A stretch of DNA of 64,000 bases from an uncultured Roseivirgaceae bacterium (GTDB taxonomy: Bacteria > Bacteroidota > Bacteroidia > Cytophagales > Cyclobacteriaceae), in NCBI GenBank assembly GCA_964350505.1, contig CAYGKL010000001.1, positions 13,675-77,674 on the forward strand, written 5' to 3'. Position numbers and translations under genes: made by a program. The notes under the pieces are model-generated. The model ran no database searches. It saw only the letters and a list, made by a program, of their open reading frames with translations, and was not told the origin of the DNA. Of this stretch, positions 58,546-64,000 are shown piece after piece. Within the stretch, counting starts at the first letter, position 1, and every line of letters starts with the position of its first letter.

Positions 58546-61500
58546 ATGTTCAAGAGAACCCTCCTACTATTCTTATCTTTCCTTTCTATTGGCACCTTCG
58601 CACAAAGCGACCTCGATACCAAACTAGGTAATCACCGCTTCCGATTTATAGGCCCTGAAGGTAACCGAGCCATAGCCATCACTGGTGTACCAGGCGATCC
58701 TATGATCAACTACATTGGCGCAGCCTCTGGTGGTCTTTGGAAAACAGATGATGGAGGAATCAATTGGCAACCTATTTTCGATGACCAAGACATTTCATCT
58801 ATTGGCTCTATTGCTTTAGCACCAACCGATCCCGATCAGGTTTGGGTAGGAACAGGCGAAACCTTTGTTATCCGTCCAGCGCATGCCATGGGAAATGGCA
58901 TTTATTTCTCTCCAGATGCTGGAAAAACTTGGGAGCACAAAGGACTTGAAAAAACAGGCAGAATTGGAAGAGTGATTGTTCACCCGAAAGATGCAAAAAC
59001 GATCTATGCGGCATCATTAGGCCATACTTATGGCCCACAGCAAGAAAGAGGTGTTTACCGATCTAAGGATGGAGGCAAGAATTGGGAGAGAGTACTTTTT
59101 GTAGATGAAGGAACCGGAGCGGCTGACTTGGCCATGGACCCGGAAAACCCAAATATACTTTATGCAGGTATGTGGTCTATCAAGATCAATACTTGGGGTT
59201 TGAACAGTGGTGGACCTGGAGGTGGTGTCTATCGCTCTTTGGATGGTGGTGATACTTGGGAGCACCTGACTAGCAAAGGGCTTCCAGGTGGTAAAAATCG
59301 CCCTGTGGGTAAGACGGCAGTAGCAGTCTCTCACAGCGATCCTAATGTAGTCTATGCGCTTTTTGAAGCAGAGAGTCCTGAACTATGGCGAAGTGCTGAC
59401 AAGGGCGAAACTTGGGCTCTGCAAAGCAGAGATCACGATTGGAACGAAAGAGCTCCCTACTACACCCGAATAGCAGTAGGCACAGGAAACCCCGATGAAG
59501 TTTACTCATTAAGTGTGCGTTTTGTCCAATCGCTAGATGGTGGTAAAACAAGAGAAAGAAGACCTCCAAGAGGCGGTGGAGATAACCACGATATGTGGAT
59601 TGACCCTACCAACCCAGACAGAATGATGGTAGCCCACGATGGAGGCGCTAGCATTAGCTTAAACCATGGCCGTTCCTTTCAAAGAGTGGTATTGCCAATT
59701 GCACAGATGTACCATGTAGCGGTAGATAACCAGATTCCTTACAACGTATTTGGTAACCGTCAAGATGGTTGGTCTTATATGGGGCCAAGTAACTCGCTGC
59801 AGGGTTACATTCCTTTGGGCCTTTGGAAAGGTGTTGGCGGCTGCGAAAGTGGCTTTGCTCAGCCCGATCCTAACGATAACAACATCATCTGGTCTGGCTG
59901 CTATGACGGTGGACTGGAGAGACATGATTTAAGAACAGGCCACTCAAGAGAAGTTCGCATTTGGCCAGAAGCTGGCTATGGCTGGGCACCTGCCGATATG
60001 AAATACAGATGGCATTGGAATTTCCCATTGAGCTTCTCTACACGTACTAAGAGCAGAGTTTATGTAGGAAGTCAGTATGTGCATCAATCTGACGATGGTG
60101 GCCAAAGCTGGCAAATCATCAGCCCAGATTTAACCCTGAATTTGAAAGATCACCAACAAAGCTCAGGTGGAGTGGCCATTGATAACCTAATGACTTTTGA
60201 TGGTTCTACCCTTTTTGCTATCGAAGAATCTCCATTAGAAAAAGGCTTGATCTATGTTGGCACGAATGACGGACAGGTTCAAGTCACTAAAGATGGTGGA
60301 CAAAACTGGACGAATGTTACTGCCAATATTCCTGATTTACCACAATGGGGAACTATTGCCAATATTGAGATCTCCAGATACCAAAAAGGTTCAGCTTTCA
60401 TTTCTGTAGACCTACACCAAATGGGTGATTTCGATCCATACATCTACAAAACCACAGACTATGGACAGACTTGGAAGAAGATTTCAAAGGGTATTCCTTC
60501 CTCTGAATCTAGCTTTGTGCATGTGATCAAAGAAGATCCGAAACGCAAAGGATTGCTTTATGCTGGTATTGACAAAGGTATTTTCGTGAGCTATGATGAT
60601 GGCGCGAATTGGGACAGACTTAGGTTGAACCTTCCTCCTGCTCCTGTATATTGGATTGAGATTCAAGAAAACTTCGATGATATGGTGGTTGGTACATATG
60701 GCCGTGGCTACTACATTCTCGATAACCTCACGGCCCTCAGAAACCTCGACAAGGTCAATGATAAAGTAGAGCTTTTCGACATGCACGACACCTACCGTTT
60801 CAATACTAAGGAAAGTATTAAAACGGATGGGCAGAGCATGAACTCTGGGCAAAACCCTGCCAATGGTGCCATCATCAACTACTTCCTGCCAAAAAAAGTA
60901 AGTGGTAGCGTAAGCTTAGAAATTCATGGAAAAGACAAGGAATTGATTCGCACCATCAATGGCAGAAACAACAAAGGTGTCAATCGCTTGACATGGGACT
61001 TGCGCTATGAGCCAGTATTTCAACCTAAATTGAGAGTTCAGCCTCCAGGTAGGCCTTGGGTTCAGTTGAATGGTGAAGGCTGGAGACCACTTGTACAGTG
61101 GGATTTAGACCTAATGGCTGGCCAATTCGGTCCTAGAGTAGCTCCTGGAGATTATCAGGTTGATTTAGTGATTGCCGATGCCGAAGGCAACGAACTAGAA
61201 AGACATTCTAAATCTATTACAGTGCTGAAAGACCCAATGTCTGAAGGAACACAAGAGGACATTGATGCGCAGGTATATTTCGCACTACAGCTGCGAGATG
61301 CCATGAACATTGCCGTGAGCAACATCAATGCGGTAGAGGTTTTAAGAAAAGAATTGGAAGACATTATAGCTGAAGAGTCTGACAAAAAAACACAAAAAGA
61401 AGCGTTAAGACTGAAAGGTGTGGCTGAAGATATCGCTGGAAAGCTCTATGATATTCAATTAACTGGAGCCAGAGAAGATGCTTTTAGGAATCCGATCAAG

Positions 61501-61722
61501 CTTTACGGAAGACTCAGTGCGCTAGCCAGTGACATCAATGGAAGTGGAATAGACTTCCGTCCTACCAACCAGCAAGGCGAGGTTTATGAAGTGCTGAATG
61601 AAAGACTTCAAGCCGCTGTTGAGCAATTCGATAAAGTGATTAATGAAGACATTAAGCAATTCAATAAAGCCCTAGAAAGAAAAAACAGAACGATTGAAAT
61701 TGAGAAGTCTGGAGGGAATTAA
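58546..61722 (+). CDS. VPS10/sortilin-like BNR-repeat glycosyl hydrolase-like exported protein
   Basis: Multiple Asp-box S.D.G.TW repeats; signal peptide; C-terminal helical region. Confidence 0.85.
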   Translation: MFKRTLLLFLSFLSIGTFAQSDLDTKLGNHRFRFIGPEGNRAIAITGVPGDPMINYIGAASGGLWKTDDGGINWQPIFDDQDISSIGSIALAPTDPDQVWVGTGETFVIRPAHAMGNGIYFSPDAGKTWEHKGLEKTGRIGRVIVHPKDAKTIYAASLGHTYGPQQERGVYRSKDGGKNWERVLFVDEGTGAADLAMDPENPNILYAGMWSIKINTWGLNSGGPGGGVYRSLDGGDTWEHLTSKGLPGGKNRPVGKTAVAVSHSDPNVVYALFEAESPELWRSADKGETWALQSRDHDWNERAPYYTRIAVGTGNPDEVYSLSVRFVQSLDGGKTRERRPPRGGGDNHDMWIDPTNPDRMMVAHDGGASISLNHGRSFQRVVLPIAQMYHVAVDNQIPYNVFGNRQDGWSYMGPSNSLQGYIPLGLWKGVGGCESGFAQPDPNDNNIIWSGCYDGGLERHDLRTGHSREVRIWPEAGYGWAPADMKYRWHWNFPLSFSTRTKSRVYVGSQYVHQSDDGGQSWQIISPDLTLNLKDHQQSSGGVAIDNLMTFDGSTLFAIEESPLEKGLIYVGTNDGQVQVTKDGGQNWTNVTANIPDLPQWGTIANIEISRYQKGSAFISVDLHQMGDFDPYIYKTTDYGQTWKKISKGIPSSESSFVHVIKEDPKRKGLLYAGIDKGIFVSYDDGANWDRLRLNLPPAPVYWIEIQENFDDMVVGTYGRGYYILDNLTALRNLDKVNDKVELFDMHDTYRFNTKESIKTDGQSMNSGQNPANGAIINYFLPKKVSGSVSLEIHGKDKELIRTINGRNNKGVNRLTWDLRYEPVFQPKLRVQPPGRPWVQLNGEGWRPLVQWDLDLMAGQFGPRVAPGDYQVDLVIADAEGNELERHSKSITVLKDPMSEGTQEDIDAQVYFALQLRDAMNIAVSNINAVEVLRKELEDIIAEESDKKTQKEALRLKGVAEDIAGKLYDIQLTGAREDAFRNPIKLYGRLSALASDINGSGIDFRPTNQQGEVYEVLNERLQAAVEQFDKVINEDIKQFNKALERKNRTIEIEKSGGN

Positions 61723-61749
61723 AGGATTAATCACCGCAAAGTATAAAAG

Positions 61750-61846
61750 TCCTCCTTTCTCAAAGGAGGTGACCGCAGGTCGAAGGATTTAAAAAGACTG
61801 AAAACCTTAGGCTAATCCCCCTATCCCCCTTTTTGAAAAAGGGGGA
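61750..61846. repeat. Inverted pair of REP-like hairpin units
   Basis: CCTCCTTT-CTC-AAAGGAGG (61751-61769) followed by GGATTT, and TCCCCCTTTTT-G-AAAAAGGGGGA (61824-61846), whose reverse complement is followed by GGATT. Confidence 0.5.
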
Positions 61847-61893
61847 GTGGAAGTTGCTAGTTTGAAATGTTAGGTCAAAATTGGAGGTTAAAT

Positions 61894-62658
61894 CTACCCT
61901 CTCTTAAACACCATCTTGGTATCGTCAGAAGACTCTGCATCGAACCAATAACCATCGTAATCGAAGCCTTTCATGCCTTCTGGGTCATTGATTTGATTTT
62001 TGATGATGTACTGTGCCATCATACCTCTAGCCTTCTTGGCAAAGAAAGAGATTACTTTATACTTTCCGTTTTTATGATCTAAAAACTCCACATTCACCAC
62101 TTTGGCTTTGAGTGCAGGACGGTCAATGGCCTTGAAGTATTCTTGTGAGGCGAGGTTGATCAGCACATTGTCCCCCTGCTTTTTAAGGTCTCGGTTCACT
62201 TGTGCAGCCACCTTATCTGTCCAGTAATTGTAGAGGGTGGTGTAATCGTCAAATGCCAGGCGTGTACCCATTTCTAAACGATAAGGCTGAATAAGGTCTA
62301 GAGGACGTAACAGTCCATATAAGCCAGAGAGAATGCGCAAATGATCTTGAGCAAAAAGAATATCATCGTTACTCAACTCTTCAGCTTCTAAGCCAATATA
62401 AACATCCCCCTTAAAGGCGTAAACTGCCTGCTTAGCTATTTTAGGACTCTTGCTCTTGGTAAATTGTCGATAGCGAGAAGCATTCAATTCCGCTAAGTTC
62501 TCACTCAAATCCATGAGCTCCTGAATCTCCTCAGGAGACTTTTCTTTCAATACACCAATGAGCTCTAAGGCTTCTTTTTGAAATTTGGGATATGAGGCTT
62601 CCTTATCACAAGGCGTTTCGAAATCGAGAGTTTTAGCAGGAGATAATACTAATAGCAT
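61894..62658 (-). CDS. yaaA: Peroxide stress protein YaaA (UPF0246)
   Basis: LSPAKTLD, FKGDVY.GL, ILSGLYG.LRPLD.IQPYRLEMGT, NLAS.EY and AKKARG motifs. ATG 62658 is preferred. Confidence 0.93.
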   Translation of the reverse strand: MLLVLSPAKTLDFETPCDKEASYPKFQKEALELIGVLKEKSPEEIQELMDLSENLAELNASRYRQFTKSKSPKIAKQAVYAFKGDVYIGLEAEELSNDDILFAQDHLRILSGLYGLLRPLDLIQPYRLEMGTRLAFDDYTTLYNYWTDKVAAQVNRDLKKQGDNVLINLASQEYFKAIDRPALKAKVVNVEFLDHKNGKYKVISFFAKKARGMMAQYIIKNQINDPEGMKGFDYDGYWFDAESSDDTKMVFKRG

Positions 62659-62883
62659 GGTTTTTATTCTTTGTACAAACATACAAATCAAGGCCGTGAA
62701 TTGTTTCAACAAGTCATTGCTATTGTCAATAAAGTATAGTTAAAATCAGCCTGATTTTACTTCAATCATTTTCGATGCTTATGCCTACCTCTTCAATTGA
62801 GATAATGCAATCTCATCCCATACAATTAGGCGATTTTAGCTGATTTCACTATTTTCACAAACAACCTTAGATTATCCCATTCA

Positions 62884-63828
62884 ATGAAGCAATTGTTGCT
62901 TTTATCTTTTCCCATTCTGTTGATCAGCTTCTCGGATCAACGTTTAGAGAGCTTCATCAACTATCAACAAAAAATTCCAGGAACAAGCTTAACCATCGAT
63001 ATGGTAGCCATTAAAGGCGGCTCTTTCCAAATGGGCAGCATGGCTCAAGCAGATGAACAGCCTTTGCATCAAGTTAGCATCTCTTCTTTTTGGATGGCTA
63101 AACATGAAACCACCTGGAATCTCTATCGCTTATTCATGGAGCGAAATGTTGATAATCAGCAACCCGAATCGGTAGAAGGCGATGAGGTGAAAATTAAAGT
63201 CGATGCTGTTTCTGGAGCCACCACACCATATGTCGACATGAGTTTTGGTATGGGTACCGATGGTTATCCTGCCATAGGCATGACCCAGCTGGCTGCCTCA
63301 AAATTCTGCGAATGGCTTTCGGCCATGACTGGTCACTTTTACAGATTACCCACAGAAGCAGAATGGGAGTATGCCGCCCGCGCTGGTACAACGACTGATT
63401 ACTCTTTCGGAGATATAGCACAGATTAATGAGTATGCTTGGCACCAAGGAAATAGTGAAGAAGCCTATCATCCAGTGGGAGAAAAGCAACCAAACCCCAG
63501 GGGATTGTTCGATATGCACGGCAATATTGCAGAATGGACTTTAGATGCGTATGCTCCTGTTTATAATGTGGCCGATGCAGAGAATCCATGGATTGTTCCA
63601 ACTAAAACCTATCCAAGGGTGGCGAGAGGCGGATCATGGACCGATGAACCTAGTGCATTAAGAAGTTCAGCCAGGAAGGCATCAGATAAGTCATGGAAAA
63701 AACGTGATCCGCAAATACCGAAAAGTAAATGGTGGCATACCGATGCTCCATTTGTAGGATTCAGAATAGTTAGGCCTCAGCAAACCCCGACTGAGGTACA
63801 GCAGAAAAAATATTGGGGATATGAGTAA
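62884..63828 (+). CDS. Formylglycine-generating enzyme family (FGE-sulfatase domain) protein
   Basis: RLPTEAEWEYAARAG, PN..GLFDMHGNIAEW, RGGSW and GFRIVR motifs. Confidence 0.9.
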   Translation: MKQLLLLSFPILLISFSDQRLESFINYQQKIPGTSLTIDMVAIKGGSFQMGSMAQADEQPLHQVSISSFWMAKHETTWNLYRLFMERNVDNQQPESVEGDEVKIKVDAVSGATTPYVDMSFGMGTDGYPAIGMTQLAASKFCEWLSAMTGHFYRLPTEAEWEYAARAGTTTDYSFGDIAQINEYAWHQGNSEEAYHPVGEKQPNPRGLFDMHGNIAEWTLDAYAPVYNVADAENPWIVPTKTYPRVARGGSWTDEPSALRSSARKASDKSWKKRDPQIPKSKWWHTDAPFVGFRIVRPQQTPTEVQQKKYWGYE

Positions 63829-63852
63829 ATTGAGAAATTAACACCAACCATA

Positions 63853-64000
63853 ATGGAAAATAAATCGAGAAGAAACTTCGTAAAAGCAGCTGCATTATCA
63901 ACCAGTGGCCTGTTGATCTTGCCAGCGGGCCTTCAAGCAAAGGCCTATAGCACAGGTGCTCAAAAGCTAAAACTAGCCTTAGTAGGCTGCGGAGGCAGAG
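63853..64000 (+). CDS. Tat-exported Gfo/Idh/MocA oxidoreductase (5' part, runs off the window end)
   Basis: Manual translation MENKSRRNFVKAAA...KLKLALVGCGGR: twin-arginine signal plus Rossmann G.G.R. Confidence 0.8.
   Translation, partial: MENKSRRNFVKAAALSTSGLLILPAGLQAKAYSTGAQKLKLALVGCGGR

Noticed and set aside
2602-61385. Many short ORF-track entries antisense to, or nested in, long genes (e.g. 2602-2802, 4688-4873, 8588-8788, 9552-9803, 10047-10301, 13591-13860, 17615-17929, 24380-25369, 35151-35683, 46153-46994, 59017-59932, 60484-61385)
   Set aside because: They are shadows of well-supported genes with no recognisable motifs. Those at about 35.1-35.7 kb and 37.3-37.5 kb simply mirror low-complexity TonB and SPOR linkers.
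16187-62712. Longer ORF-track starts (16187, 22407, 29733, 32192, 39385, 43614, 49644, 50241, 62712)
   Set aside because: They add non-homologous N-terminal residues ahead of signal peptides or first motifs, or overlap -7 boxes and terminators; downstream ATGs were used.
1-64000. rRNA, tRNA, transposase, integrase, prophage or defence-system genes
   Set aside because: No supporting motifs or cloverleaf structures were seen by eye; a tRNAscan or Infernal run would be needed to exclude short RNAs fully.

Overview
Chromosomal window from an AT-rich Bacteroidota genome. Gene content (T9SS C-terminal domain, TAnnTTTG -7 promoters, DUF2911, head-GIN, LruC-domain genes) looks Cytophagales-like; the taxon is an inference. 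The left third (about 1.0-22.5 kb) is a Wzx/Wzy-type exopolysaccharide locus. It has a degenerate receiver protein, an LruC-domain lipoprotein, a priming sugar transferase, an acyltransferase, a half-length TolC-like protein, a GumC/Wzc-like co-polymerase, glycosyltransferases, a flippase and a methyltransferase, and it converges on a PAS/GAF histidine kinase plus LytTR regulator. Six promoters in this locus, including the kinase promoter, share direct repeats of T(C/T)ATCG at a 21-bp period, with a -7-like box exactly 36 bp after the last repeat. This is a candidate unannotated LytTR regulon, and it includes a possible small RNA. The rest is mostly housekeeping and envelope genes (rpe, trmB, folC, exbB/exbD/TonB, SPOR, holA, arfB, tyrS, yaaA). 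The most striking candidate novelty is at 55321-56846: an actin-fold ATPase whose phosphate-1 motif lies at the C-terminus (apparent circular permutation), translationally coupled to a bactofilin. Other points of interest are a GC-rich multi-stem RNA candidate at about 52.16-52.26 kb, a protein ending in a beta-clamp-like motif, and several operator-like palindromes. No rRNA, tRNA, CRISPR array, transposase or prophage was seen. All family calls are by eye from motifs; no database search was run.
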